The translations under genes were made by a program, and so were the position numbers. A stretch of 64,000 bases of DNA. It comes from an uncultured Actinomycetes bacterium (GTDB lineage Bacteria > Actinomycetota > Thermoleophilia > Gaiellales > Gaiellaceae). The notes under the pieces were generated by a model. The model did no database searches and was not told where the DNA came from. It was given only the letters and a program-made list of their open reading frames with translations. Where the stretch lies: assembly GCA_963847235.1 (NCBI GenBank), contig CAWJYU010000011.1, positions 9,242 to 73,241 of the forward strand, in the 5' to 3' direction. This document shows, piece by piece, positions 1 to 8,805 of this stretch; the first letter of the stretch is position 1; each line of letters begins with the position of its first letter.

Positions 1-210
1 GCCGTCAGCCTTGCGATCCCGCTGAGCGTGCCGTCGGAGCGCTGGCCGCTGCTCTCGATCCAGCGCTTCGGCCTCGTCGTCTTCCCGCTTTTCATGGCGC
101 TCGCCGTGCTCGGTTCTCGCCCGCGGGTGCACACCGGGGTGGTAGTCGTGAGCGCCGTGCTGCTCGGAGTCGTCTGCGCCCAGTGGGCCCTCTGGCAGTG
201 GGTGGCATGA
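1..210 (+). CDS. C-terminal fragment of an integral membrane protein (5' end upstream of window)
   Basis: Frame is open from base 1 to TGA 208-210. Hydrophobic tail FGLVVFPLFMALAVLGS...VVVVSAVLLGVV. The stop overlaps the next start as ATGA. No family recognised. Confidence 0.35.
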   Translation, partial: AVSLAIPLSVPSERWPLLSIQRFGLVVFPLFMALAVLGSRPRVHTGVVVVSAVLLGVVCAQWALWQWVA

Positions 211-899
211 CCGAGCCCGCGCCGCCTCAGGCACGGCAGCCCGAGCTCGGGCGCAAGCTCCTCGCGTGGTGGGTGCTCGTCGGCACCCTCATCCTGATCG
301 GCTTTCTCTCTGCGGCCGCCGCGGAGGACGACGCCGATCGCTCGGATGCCGTCTACCAGTACCAGTTCGGGATCGGCGGCCTCGTCGTCTACACGGTGCT
401 GATCGGAATCGTGCTCCTGATCGCCCGCGGGCTGGACTGGCGGGAGACCTTCGCGCTCAAGCGCCCAACCTCGTGGAAGCGCGCAGGCGCCCTGACGATC
501 GGCCTTCTGGTCGCGGTGTTCATCGTCGGCGCGATCCTCGAGGCGATCTTCCACGCCGGCGAGGAGCAGGGGCTCGACCCCGCGGGCTGGCAGCCGGATC
601 GCGTCGGCGCGCTCATCCTCAGCTTCCTCGCAATCGCCATCGCGGCGCCGCTCGCCGAGGAGCTGACGTTCCGCGGCCTCGGCTACTACCTCCTGAGCCA
701 GTTCGGCCACTGGGCGGCGATCGCGATCACCGGGATCACGTTCGCGCTCGCCCACGGCCTGATCGTCGGGATTCCGGTCTTCTTCGTGATCGGCGCCGGG
801 CTCGCGTACCTCCGCTACCGCACGGACAGCCTCTATCCGCCGATCCTCGTCCACATGGCCTTCAACGGCCTGCAGCTCGTGATCGGCGTGTTCGGCTAG
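207..899 (+). CDS. CPBP family intramembrane metalloprotease (CAAX protease-like)
   Basis: ORF 183..899. ATG 207 overlaps the upstream stop (ATGA). Motifs EELTFRG, FALAHG and HMAFN sit in a polytopic membrane protein. Confidence 0.75.
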   Translation: MTEPAPPQARQPELGRKLLAWWVLVGTLILIGFLSAAAAEDDADRSDAVYQYQFGIGGLVVYTVLIGIVLLIARGLDWRETFALKRPTSWKRAGALTIGLLVAVFIVGAILEAIFHAGEEQGLDPAGWQPDRVGALILSFLAIAIAAPLAEELTFRGLGYYLLSQFGHWAAIAITGITFALAHGLIVGIPVFFVIGAGLAYLRYRTDSLYPPILVHMAFNGLQLVIGVFG

Positions 900-2080
900 C
901 CGCGATAGATCCCGAGCCCTGTCGCCGGATCGAAGAAGTGCATCCGGTCGGGTGCGACACGCAGTTGCGCGCGGTCGCCCTCACGGAAGCTCGCGCCGCG
1001 ACCGAGTCGTGCAACGAACACGGTGCCGTGCTCCTCGCGGACGTCCACGGCGTCGGCGCCCACGGCTGCCTTGATGTCCTCACCGTGCACGGGCGGGCCG
1101 CCCACGGCGAAGTGGACGAAGACCTCCGACCCCATGTCCTCTCTGATGTCCACGGGTGCGGAGATGTGGCCGTCCGCCTCATGGTCCGCGTACGCGAAGT
1201 CCTCGGGGCGGATCCCGAGGACCAGCCGTTTGCCCTCGAACCCGCGAAGCGCGGGCCGCGCTTGCACGAGCTCGTCAGCCACGACGAGCCGGTGCTCACC
1301 AAACCGCGCTTCGAGCCGGCCGTTCTCCCGGACCAGGTCAGCGCCGACGAGATTCATCGCGGGCGAGCCGATGAACTCGGCGACGAAGAGGTTCACGGGC
1401 TCGTCGTAGAGCTTCTGCGGCACGTCGTACTGCTGAAGCACCCCGTCTCGCATGACGGCGACGCGGTCGCCGAGCGTCAACGCTTCGGTCTGGTCATGCG
1501 TGACGTAGATCGTCGTGACGGCGAGATCGCGCTGGATCCGCGCGATCTCCGCTCGCATCTCCACCCGCAGCTTCGCGTCGAGGTTCGACAGCGGCTCGTC
1601 CATCAGGAACGCCTGCGGCTCGCGGACGATCGCGCGGCCCATCGCAACGCGTTGGCGCTGGCCGCCGGAGAGCGTGCGCGGGCGCTTGCCGAGAACCTCG
1701 CCGAGGCCGAGGACGCCGGCCGCCCGCTTGACCCGGCGGTCGATCTCGCCCTTGTCGATCTTCCGCAGCTTCAGCCCGAACGCCATGTTCTTGTAGGCCG
1801 ACATGTGCGGGTACAGCGCGTAGTTCTGGAACACCATCGCGACGTCGCGGTTCTTCGGGGGCAGGTTGTTGACGACCCGGCCGCCGATCCGGACCTCGCC
1901 CGAGGTGACCGGCTCCAGCCCGGCCACCATGCGCAGAGCCGTGGTCTTCCCGCACCCTGACGGGCCGACGAGCACGGTGAACTCCCCGTCGGCGATCGTC
2001 AGGTCGAGCTCCTTCACGGCCTTCGTGCCGTCGGGATAGACCTTCGTCAGCTGTTCGAGTTCGATCTCAGCTATCGCCAA
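896..2080 (-). CDS. sugar ABC transporter ATP-binding protein (MalK/UgpC/MsiK type)
   Basis: Walker A GPSGCGKTT, signature LSGGQRQR, Walker B FLMDEPLS, plus a C-terminal MalK-like regulatory domain. 394 aa. Confidence 0.9.
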   Translation of the reverse strand: MAIAEIELEQLTKVYPDGTKAVKELDLTIADGEFTVLVGPSGCGKTTALRMVAGLEPVTSGEVRIGGRVVNNLPPKNRDVAMVFQNYALYPHMSAYKNMAFGLKLRKIDKGEIDRRVKRAAGVLGLGEVLGKRPRTLSGGQRQRVAMGRAIVREPQAFLMDEPLSNLDAKLRVEMRAEIARIQRDLAVTTIYVTHDQTEALTLGDRVAVMRDGVLQQYDVPQKLYDEPVNLFVAEFIGSPAMNLVGADLVRENGRLEARFGEHRLVVADELVQARPALRGFEGKRLVLGIRPEDFAYADHEADGHISAPVDIREDMGSEVFVHFAVGGPPVHGEDIKAAVGADAVDVREEHGTVFVARLGRGASFREGDRAQLRVAPDRMHFFDPATGLGIYRG

Positions 2081-2152
2081 TCACCACCGTGGGAACAGCT
2101 GGGAAAGATACTCCCGTCACGACGTTCGTTCACCGTTTACGATCGGGGCGAC

Positions 2153-3166
2153 GTGGCGACCGTCGCGGCCGGCTCACACCGTCGGCGCTGGCAGGACATT
2201 TTCGAGGAGCGCCGCTTCCTCGGCCCGCTCCTGATCGCTCCTGCAGTGCTCTTCATCGTCCTGCTGGTCGGCGCTCCGCTCGTTCTCGCGGTCTATCTCA
2301 GCCTCACAGACGCCACTGCAGGCTCGCTGACGGGCGAGTTCGTCGGCTTCCAGAACTACACGGAAGCCTGGCAGAGCGAGAACTTCCGCCGAGCACTGCG
2401 CAACACGGTGATCTTCACGCTCGTCTCGCAGGCGATCGTCCTCGTCGGCGCCGGCGTCTTGGCGCATGCGCTCGTTCGCGACTTCCCGGGCAAGTGGTTC
2501 CTCCGCTTTCTCGTCGTCCTCCCGTGGGCCACGCCTGTGGCACTGAGCACCGTCGGCTTCCTCTGGATCCTCCACCCGCTCTACAGCGTCGTGAACTGGA
2601 CGCTCACCCACGACGTCGTCCCTGGAAGTCCCGCCTTCTTCCCGTACAAGGCGTTCAACTGGGCCTTCGCCCGTGACTTCTGGCCGAGGTGGATCCAGAT
2701 CTCGCCGATCGAGCCGATCGACCCGCCACAGTGGCTCGGCGAGCCCAACCTCGCGATGGCGGCGATCATCTTCGCCCACGCCTGGCGGATCCTCCCCTTC
2801 GCCACGGTGATCTTCATCGCGGGCCTCGCGTCGATGCCGCCGGAGATCGACGACGCCGCCAAAGTCGACGGCGCCACCGGGCTGAAGAAGTTCTGGTACG
2901 TCACGCTCCCGCTGCAGCTCCCCATCGCGCTCGTCGCCCTGCTCTTCGGAATCGTCTTCACGGCGACCGACATGACGGTCGTCTACATCCTCACGCACGG
3001 CGGGCCGTTCAACAGCACGCACATGCTGACGACCTTGGCATTCGACACCGGGATCAACAGCGCGGCGCTCGGGCAGGGCGCCGCCATCTCGCTCTACCTG
3101 CTGCCGGCGCTCGCGCTCGTCGCGATCCTGATGCTCGGCTTCGCTCGCCGAGTGGAGGTGACCTAG
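2153..3166 (+). CDS. carbohydrate ABC transporter permease
   Basis: Multi-TM protein with a binding-protein-dependent permease fold (EAA-like loop ...IDDAAKVDGATGLKKFWYVTLP). Divergent from the ATPase gene. Confidence 0.85.
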   Translation: MATVAAGSHRRRWQDIFEERRFLGPLLIAPAVLFIVLLVGAPLVLAVYLSLTDATAGSLTGEFVGFQNYTEAWQSENFRRALRNTVIFTLVSQAIVLVGAGVLAHALVRDFPGKWFLRFLVVLPWATPVALSTVGFLWILHPLYSVVNWTLTHDVVPGSPAFFPYKAFNWAFARDFWPRWIQISPIEPIDPPQWLGEPNLAMAAIIFAHAWRILPFATVIFIAGLASMPPEIDDAAKVDGATGLKKFWYVTLPLQLPIALVALLFGIVFTATDMTVVYILTHGGPFNSTHMLTTLAFDTGINSAALGQGAAISLYLLPALALVAILMLGFARRVEVT

Positions 3167-4002
3167 TGGCGCCGCGGCGGGAGAACGTGCTCCCCTGGCT
3201 GATCGTCGGGCCCTTCGCGATCGTTCTCGCCTTCCCGTTCTACTGGATGCTCATGACCGCGCTGCGCGCGGACAACGACCTCTACGACATCGAGCAGGTC
3301 CCGTTCAAGTTCAACGCCGACTCGCCGACGCTGGACAACTTCAGATTCCTCTTCGAGCAGACCGACTATCGCGAGTGGCTCCAGAACACCGCGATCATCG
3401 GCGGCGCCGTCGTCGTCATCACGCTCGTCCTGGCGCTCCCCGCGGGCTATGCACTCGCCCGGCTCTCCGGCGGCTGGGGTCAGACGATCGGCGTCGGAAT
3501 CTTCCTGACGTACCTCGTGCCCCCGACCCTCCTGTTCCTGCCCCTCTCGCGGGTGATTGCCGAGCTGAATCTTCACGACCGCCTGTGGTCGCTCATCCTC
3601 GTCTACCCCTCGTTCACCGTCCCCTTCTCGATCTGGCTCCTCATGGGGTTCTTCAAGACCATCCCGCCCGAGCTCGAGGACGCGGCCCTCGTCGACGGCG
3701 CTTCCCGGCTCTCGGCGCTCGTACGCGTGGTGTTCCCGCTCTCCATGCCCGGGATCCTCACCGTCGTCATCTTCTCGTTCTCGCTCGTCGTCAACGAGTT
3801 CGTCTACGCGATCACGTTCATCTCGAGCACCGAGCAGAAGACGCTCTCCGCCGGCGTGCCCACGGAGCTCATCCGCGGCGACGTCTTCTACTGGGGCGCC
3901 CTCATGGCCGCCACGCTGATCCCGGCCATCCCGCTCGCGCTGCTCTACAACGTCTTCCTCAACCGCTTCATCGCCGGCTTCACCGGCGGCGCATTCCGTT
4001 GA
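3166..4002 (+). CDS. carbohydrate ABC transporter permease
   Basis: GTG 3166 overlaps the upstream TAG. Starts VAPRRENVLPWLIVGPF... EAA-like loop ELEDAALVDGASRLSALVRVVFP. In frame with ORF 2689..4002. Confidence 0.85.
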   Translation: MAPRRENVLPWLIVGPFAIVLAFPFYWMLMTALRADNDLYDIEQVPFKFNADSPTLDNFRFLFEQTDYREWLQNTAIIGGAVVVITLVLALPAGYALARLSGGWGQTIGVGIFLTYLVPPTLLFLPLSRVIAELNLHDRLWSLILVYPSFTVPFSIWLLMGFFKTIPPELEDAALVDGASRLSALVRVVFPLSMPGILTVVIFSFSLVVNEFVYAITFISSTEQKTLSAGVPTELIRGDVFYWGALMAATLIPAIPLALLYNVFLNRFIAGFTGGAFR

Positions 4003-4075
4003 GCCAGAGAAAGGAGAACGACCGGACAGAAACCCAGGAGGCCCTCGGCAGAGAACGGAAGGAGAGGTGATCTGA

Positions 4076-5473
4076 GTGAAAGACCGACGGGAGCGCGTCG
4101 ACATCACGAAGGTCGACGACGATCTCACGAGACGCGAGCTCCTGCGGCGAGCCGCACTGGGAGGAATCGTCCTCGTCTACGGAGCGTCCGGGGCGAAGAC
4201 GGCAGTCGCGGGCGTGCCGCGATTCCGACACAAGGAGCTCGCCGGAACGCTCCGCATCATCCAGTGGAGCCACTTCGTGCCCGCCTACGACCGCTGGTTC
4301 GACGACGTCTACGTCAAGCGCTGGGGCCAGGCGAACGACACCGAGGTCCGCGTCGACCACGTGAACCTGGCGGAGTTGCCGGCGCGGGCCGCCTCAGAGG
4401 TGGCTGCCCAGAGCGGCCACGACCTGTTCCAGTTCCTCTCGCCGCCGGCGGCGTACGAGGACCGCGTGATCGCGGTCAACGACCTCGTCCAGCAGGTCGA
4501 GCGGAAGGTCGGGAAGATCGGCCGCGTCGGCCGCAAGAGCACCTACAACCCGCGAACGAAGAAGTACTTCGGCTTCGCGGACAACTACGTCCCGGATCCC
4601 GTCCACTACCGCGCCGATCTCTGGGGTGAGGTCGGGCTCAGGCCGACGACGTGGGAGAACATTCGCCGGGCCGCTCCGAGGCTGAAGGCGATGGGCAACC
4701 CGGTCGGGATCGGCATGTCCCAGGAGCTCGACTCGAACATGGCGCTCATCGCCCTGTTGCAGTGCTTCGGGGCGTACATCCAGAACGCCGACGCCCGGAT
4801 CACGATCAAGAGCAAGGGCACCCGCGACGCACTCAACTTCATGCGTGACCTCTTTCGGCGCGGCATGACGAGCGAGGTGTTCGCGTGGACGGCTGCGTCC
4901 AACAACGATGCGTTCCTCGCAGGCCGGCTGTCGCTGGCGATGAACGCCATCTCGATCGCCCGGAGCGCGGAGCAGCGGAACCTGCGCTTCAACAGGGACA
5001 TCCGAATCCTGCCCATCCCCGACGGCCCGGGCCCGCGCATGGGCCTGGAGCACGTGATGGGCGTCTACGTGATCTGGAAGTTCGCGCAGAACAAGCGAGC
5101 CGCGAGGAAGTTCCTGGTCGACATCGGCACCCAGTACACCGGGCACTTCCTGAACAGCTACTTCTACAACTTCCCGGCCTTCCCCGGCTCGGTGAAGAAC
5201 ATCCCCGCCCGACTACGCAGGAACACGAGCTATCCGAACGAGGTACCCGGGCGGTATCCCATCCTCGAACGCATCTCGAAGAACTGGACGACGAACGTCG
5301 GTCACCCCGGCTACTCGAACGCCGCGATCGACGAGGTGTTCAACAAGTTCATCATCCCGCAGATGTTCGCCCGGGTCGCCCGCGGCGACATGACCGCGGA
5401 CGAGGCGATGCGTGCAGCGCATCGAGAGATGACGCCGATCTTCAAGAAGTGGCGGGACCGCAAGAAGATCTAG
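4076..5473 (+). CDS. ABC transporter substrate-binding protein with Tat-type signal
   Basis: N-terminal twin-arginine signal TRRELLRRAALGG. 465 aa soluble protein directly downstream of the two permeases. Confidence 0.7.
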   Translation: MKDRRERVDITKVDDDLTRRELLRRAALGGIVLVYGASGAKTAVAGVPRFRHKELAGTLRIIQWSHFVPAYDRWFDDVYVKRWGQANDTEVRVDHVNLAELPARAASEVAAQSGHDLFQFLSPPAAYEDRVIAVNDLVQQVERKVGKIGRVGRKSTYNPRTKKYFGFADNYVPDPVHYRADLWGEVGLRPTTWENIRRAAPRLKAMGNPVGIGMSQELDSNMALIALLQCFGAYIQNADARITIKSKGTRDALNFMRDLFRRGMTSEVFAWTAASNNDAFLAGRLSLAMNAISIARSAEQRNLRFNRDIRILPIPDGPGPRMGLEHVMGVYVIWKFAQNKRAARKFLVDIGTQYTGHFLNSYFYNFPAFPGSVKNIPARLRRNTSYPNEVPGRYPILERISKNWTTNVGHPGYSNAAIDEVFNKFIIPQMFARVARGDMTADEAMRAAHREMTPIFKKWRDRKKI

Positions 5474-5496
5474 CGGGCCGCATGGATCGGAGAGCG

Positions 5497-5525
5497 CAGG
5501 GCCGCCCACGGGCGGCTCTGTGTTT
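5497..5525. terminator. hairpin between convergent genes (possible bidirectional terminator)
   Basis: CAGGGCCGCC-CACG-GGCGGCTCTG, a 10-bp stem including one G-T pair, followed by TGTTT. A second GGAGG/CCTCC hairpin follows. Confidence 0.4.
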
Positions 5526-5542
5526 AGGAGGCCAAACCCTCC

Positions 5543-6040
5543 CTAGTTCTCTTCTTCGCCGACCGCGAACTGGTCGGGGGAGACGTCGTCGAGGAACTTC
5601 TTGAACTCGTCGACGATCTCTTCCTCGTTCACGTCCTCCCCCTCGAACTCGATCGCCGACTCCTCGATCACTCGCTCGGCGGCGAAGATCGGCGCGTCGG
5701 AGCGGACGGCGATCGCGATCGCGTCGGACGGACGCGAGTCGATCTCGATCTCGGAGCCGTTCTGCTGCACGGTGATGCTCGCGTAGAAGGTGTTCTCGCG
5801 CAGCTCGGTCACCGTGATCCGCACGACCTCGGCGTCCAGCTGGTCGAGGACGTCGGCGAGCAGGTCGTGGGTCATCGGCCGCGGAGTCGAGGCGCCCTGG
5901 AGCTTCATCAGGATGGCGGCCGCCTCGGGGTGGCCGATCCAGATCGGCAGGAACCTGTTCCCGTCGGCCGTCTTCAGCAACACGATCGGCTGCTTGCCGA
6001 CCAGGTCGAAGCTGACGCCGTAGATGACCATCTCGTGCAT
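5543..6040 (-). CDS. bifunctional nuclease family protein (DUF151)
   Basis: Family-typical sequence VLLKTADGNRFLPIWIGHPEAAAILMKLQGASTPRPMTHDLL. Acidic C-terminus. Confidence 0.75.
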   Translation of the reverse strand: MHEMVIYGVSFDLVGKQPIVLLKTADGNRFLPIWIGHPEAAAILMKLQGASTPRPMTHDLLADVLDQLDAEVVRITVTELRENTFYASITVQQNGSEIEIDSRPSDAIAIAVRSDAPIFAAERVIEESAIEFEGEDVNEEEIVDEFKKFLDDVSPDQFAVGEEEN

Positions 6041-6116
6041 AGGCGACCTTTTCTGATGTTAGCGCCGGGTTCCTCGGCCGAAACGCCACCAGCCGTGCGC
6101 TACCATCGCCGCGCGC

Positions 6117-6190
6117 GGGCGATTAGCTCAGTTGGTTAGAGCGCCGCTCTGATAAGGCGGAGGTCCGTGGTTCGAATCCACGATCGCCCA
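6117..6190 (+). tRNA. tRNA-Ile (anticodon GAT)
   Basis: Cloverleaf read by hand: acceptor GGGCGAT/ATCGCCC, D-stem GCTC/GAGC, anticodon loop CTGATAA, T-arm CGTGG-TTCGAAT-CCACG. CCA is not encoded. Confidence 0.95.
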
Positions 6191-6221
6191 TCGCTGTAGC
6201 GATGCCCGCGAAGCGGGCAGT

Positions 6222-6338
6222 GGAAGGGGTCTGGGGAAACCGGGAGGTTGTCCCCAGCGGGCGCCGAGACCCCGCGCGCTACGCGCGCGACTGGGGAAGG
6301 GGTCTGGGGAAACCGGGAGGTGTCCCCAGCGGGCGCCG
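6222..6338. repeat. two direct copies of a ~44-nt hairpin module
   Basis: GGAAGGGGTCTGGGGAAACCGGGAGG(T)TGTCCCCAGCGGGCGCCG at 6222-6266 and 6295-6338. Each copy has the stem CTGGGGA/TCCCCAG. A CGCGCGC-TA-CGCGCGCG palindrome lies between them. Confidence 0.8.
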
Positions 6339-6344
6339 GGGCTC

Positions 6345-6596
6345 TCAGTGAACGGCCGCGGTCTGACGCAGGTAATCCGCAACCGCGAGCAGAAAAGCGG
6401 TGTCGCCGGCGAGCTCTGCCACGGTCCCCTTCGTGTGCTCGTCCAGCTCGTCGTCCCTCGCGAGCTCGGTCAGGAACGGCTCGAGCCGGCCCTCCTGCGA
6501 AAGAGTGGCCATGCGGAGGAAGAGCGCGCGGGCGTCCTCGTCCTGCGAGATCGCCTCGAGCCACTCGATGTCCTGCTGCCAGAGTCCGAGCATCAA
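6345..6596 (-). CDS. hypothetical small acidic protein
   Basis: 83-aa ORF with G/C-rich third codon positions. No recognised motif. Confidence 0.45.
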   Translation of the reverse strand: MMLGLWQQDIEWLEAISQDEDARALFLRMATLSQEGRLEPFLTELARDDELDEHTKGTVAELAGDTAFLLAVADYLRQTAAVH

Positions 6597-6631
6597 GGGG
6601 ACAACGAACGCCCCCGTGCTCTGGTTACGGC

Positions 6632-7483
6632 TTAGTTCTCATTCGCACGTTCGAGGATTTCGGCGAGCTCGGCGAGCTCCACCTCGTCGGCGAAAGCGAT
6701 CTCGAGCCGGCCGTTGCGGATCCGGACGGAGCGGCCGGTGAGGCGTTCCCCCGCAGCCCGCGCCCGATCGGCGAGGCCCGGGTCAACCAGCGTGCGCGCC
6801 TTTCGCGGCTTGCGGCGAGCGCCCGACCAGCGGGCGGCGCGCTCCGCTTCCCGCACGGACAGCCCGCGCCGGACGATTTCGCGGGCCAGGCGGCGGCGGT
6901 CCTCGTGATCCGGGACGGCGAGCACGGCCCGCGCATGGCCCTCGCTGAGCTCGCCCCGCTCGAGCATTGCAAGGACGTCCTCGGGCAGGTCGAGCAGGCG
7001 CATGCGGTTGGAGACGGACGGCTTCGACCGCCCGACCTGGTCGGCGATCTCGCCGAGGCCGAGCTCGAACTCGTCCACCAGCAGGGCGTAGGCCCGGGCC
7101 TCCTCGACGGGAGAGAGCTGCTCGCGCGCCACGTTCTCGACAAGCCCGAGCAGCAAGGCTTCGCGGTCACCGCTCTCACGGACGACCGCCGGGATCGTCT
7201 CGAGGCCCGCCTCCCGCGCCGCACGCCAGCGCCGCTCGCCGGCGATCAACTCGTAGCCTCCCTCGCGCCGGGAACGGACGACGACCGGCTGGACGACCCC
7301 CTGGGCGCGGATCGAGTCCGCGAGCCCGGCGGTCGTCTCGTGGTCGAACCGCCTCCGTGGCTGGCGCGGGTTTGCGTGGACGAGGCCGATCGGAAGGTGG
7401 GCGAGCTCGGTGGTCGGCTGGCCGCCGATGAGCACCTCGAGCCCGCGGCCGAGGCCTCTGCGTGGGCTAGGCGCGCTCGACAA
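6632..7483 (-). CDS. parB: chromosome partitioning protein ParB/Spo0J
   Basis: N-terminal GLGRGLEVLI and ParB box YELIAGERRWRAA. Overlaps the parA stop. Confidence 0.9.
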   Translation of the reverse strand: MSSAPSPRRGLGRGLEVLIGGQPTTELAHLPIGLVHANPRQPRRRFDHETTAGLADSIRAQGVVQPVVVRSRREGGYELIAGERRWRAAREAGLETIPAVVRESGDREALLLGLVENVAREQLSPVEEARAYALLVDEFELGLGEIADQVGRSKPSVSNRMRLLDLPEDVLAMLERGELSEGHARAVLAVPDHEDRRRLAREIVRRGLSVREAERAARWSGARRKPRKARTLVDPGLADRARAAGERLTGRSVRIRNGRLEIAFADEVELAELAEILERANEN

Positions 7484-8228
7484 GCTCCATCGCCGCCTTC
7501 CAGTAGGCGTCAGCGCCGGGGGAGGTGCGGTCGTACGCGATCACCGGCAATCCGTGGCTCGGCGCCTCGGCGATCCGCACGGACCGCGGAACCCGGGTCT
7601 TGAAGAGCAGCGGCCCGAAGTGGCGCTCGAGCTCCGATCCGACGTCGGCGGCGAGCTTCGTCCGGCCGTCGACCATCGTGAGCAGCAGCCCGGCGATCGT
7701 CAGCTTCGGGTTGAGCCTCGCCCGAACCGCCTCGATCGAGCCGAGGATCTGCGCGACGCCCTCGAGCGCGTAGTACTCGGCCTGCACCGGGACGAGCACC
7801 CGGTCGGCGGCAGCAAGCGCGTTCACGGTCAGCGCCCCGAGTGAGGGCGGGCAGTCCAGAAAGACGAACCGGTAGCGGTCGGTGACCCCGGCGAGCGATT
7901 CGGCGAGGAACCGCTCGCCGTCCCCACGCTGGGCCAGCTCGGCCGCGGCCCCTGCCAGGTCGGTCCGGGCCGGGATCAGCTCCAGGTTCTCGAATCGGGT
8001 GCGCGACGCCAGGTCGAGGGCCTGCGCGCCGTCGAGGAGGTCGTAGCTCGACGTCCCGTTCGCGCGCTCACCGAGCCCGGAAGTGGCGTTCGCCTGCGGA
8101 TCGAGGTCGATCAGCAGCGTCCGCTCGCCGGCCTCCGCAAGGCAGGCCGCCAGGTTCACCGCAGTCGTCGTCTTGCCGACGCCGCCCTTCTGGTTCGCAA
8201 GTGCGTAGATGGCCATGCCAACGGCCAA
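7467..8228 (-). CDS. parA: chromosome partitioning ATPase ParA/Soj
   Basis: Deviant Walker A NQKGGVGKTTT. 253 aa, upstream of parB. Confidence 0.9.
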   Translation of the reverse strand: MAVGMAIYALANQKGGVGKTTTAVNLAACLAEAGERTLLIDLDPQANATSGLGERANGTSSYDLLDGAQALDLASRTRFENLELIPARTDLAGAAAELAQRGDGERFLAESLAGVTDRYRFVFLDCPPSLGALTVNALAAADRVLVPVQAEYYALEGVAQILGSIEAVRARLNPKLTIAGLLLTMVDGRTKLAADVGSELERHFGPLLFKTRVPRSVRIAEAPSHGLPVIAYDRTSPGADAYWKAAMELVERA

Positions 8229-8234
8229 CGCTAC

Positions 8235-8735
8235 TCAGGCCAACGGACGTTTCCTGGCCATTCCCGTCCTGCGCGGGAAGCCCTCAGGCGTCCCTGTGAC
8301 CTTGGGAATGACGACGAGGCCGCCGCGATCCTCGGGCGTACCTCCGCCGACGAGCTCCGCGGCTCGTGCAACTGCTTCCAGGTCGGCGGTCGGCCCGAGC
8401 CAGAGCACCGCCGCTCCGCCCGGACGGACGAGCGGAAGCACCCATTCCGCAGCGACGGTCGGAGGCGCCAGCGCCTTCGCCACCGCGGCGCCGAAGCGAT
8501 CCGTCTCTTGCTCCTCGGCCCGGCCCCAGACCACATCGAGGTTCGGCAGCCGCTCGCACCACCGATCGAGGAAGTCCGCCTTCCGCCGCTCGGCCTCGAG
8601 CAGCGTGACCTGGCGGTCGGGCAAGGCTGCCGCGAGCGGAATTCCGGGCGCTCCGCCGCCCGATCCCACGTCGACGATCGGGCCCTCGAATTCGCGCACG
8701 ACTTCCACCCCGCGCAGGCTGTCCTCGAGCAGCAT
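8235..8735 (-). CDS. rsmG: 16S rRNA (guanine527-N7)-methyltransferase RsmG (N-terminus uncertain)
   Basis: SAM motif VDVGSGGGAPGIPLA. Conserved sequence continues upstream of ATG 8735 (LEDWIRAVVETAGLTSINDPAEARR) with no canonical start before the jag stop. Confidence 0.8.
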   Translation of the reverse strand: MLLEDSLRGVEVVREFEGPIVDVGSGGGAPGIPLAAALPDRQVTLLEAERRKADFLDRWCERLPNLDVVWGRAEEQETDRFGAAVAKALAPPTVAAEWVLPLVRPGGAAVLWLGPTADLEAVARAAELVGGGTPEDRGGLVVIPKVTGTPEGFPRRTGMARKRPLA

Positions 8736-8805
8736 CCGCCGAGCCTCGGCGGGATCGTTGATCGAGGTCAGGCCGGCGGTCTCGACAACCGCGCGGATCC
8801 AGTCC

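Noticed and set aside
5530-5546. GCCAAACCCTCC(C)TAG occurs at about 5530-5546 and again at about 56308-56323.
   Set aside because: The match is short (about 16 nt with an indel), and about two such matches are expected by chance in this window. In both places the reverse complement is simply an SD-like GGAGGG next to a stop or start, so no shared element is needed.
6117-6344. tRNA-Ile followed by direct repeats, considered as an integration site (att) of a genomic island or prophage.
   Set aside because: No integrase, excisionase or phage-like gene is adjacent. The repeats do not duplicate the tRNA 3' end. The flanking genes (bifunctional nuclease, parB) are core genes.
6597-8234. parS sites (TGTTTCACGTGAAACA type) expected near parAB.
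   Set aside because: I could not find a GTTTCAC/GTGAAAC dyad here or elsewhere in the window. CACGTG cores at 26553 and 33620 have unrelated flanks. This is a visual search only, and a PWM scan of the replicon is needed.
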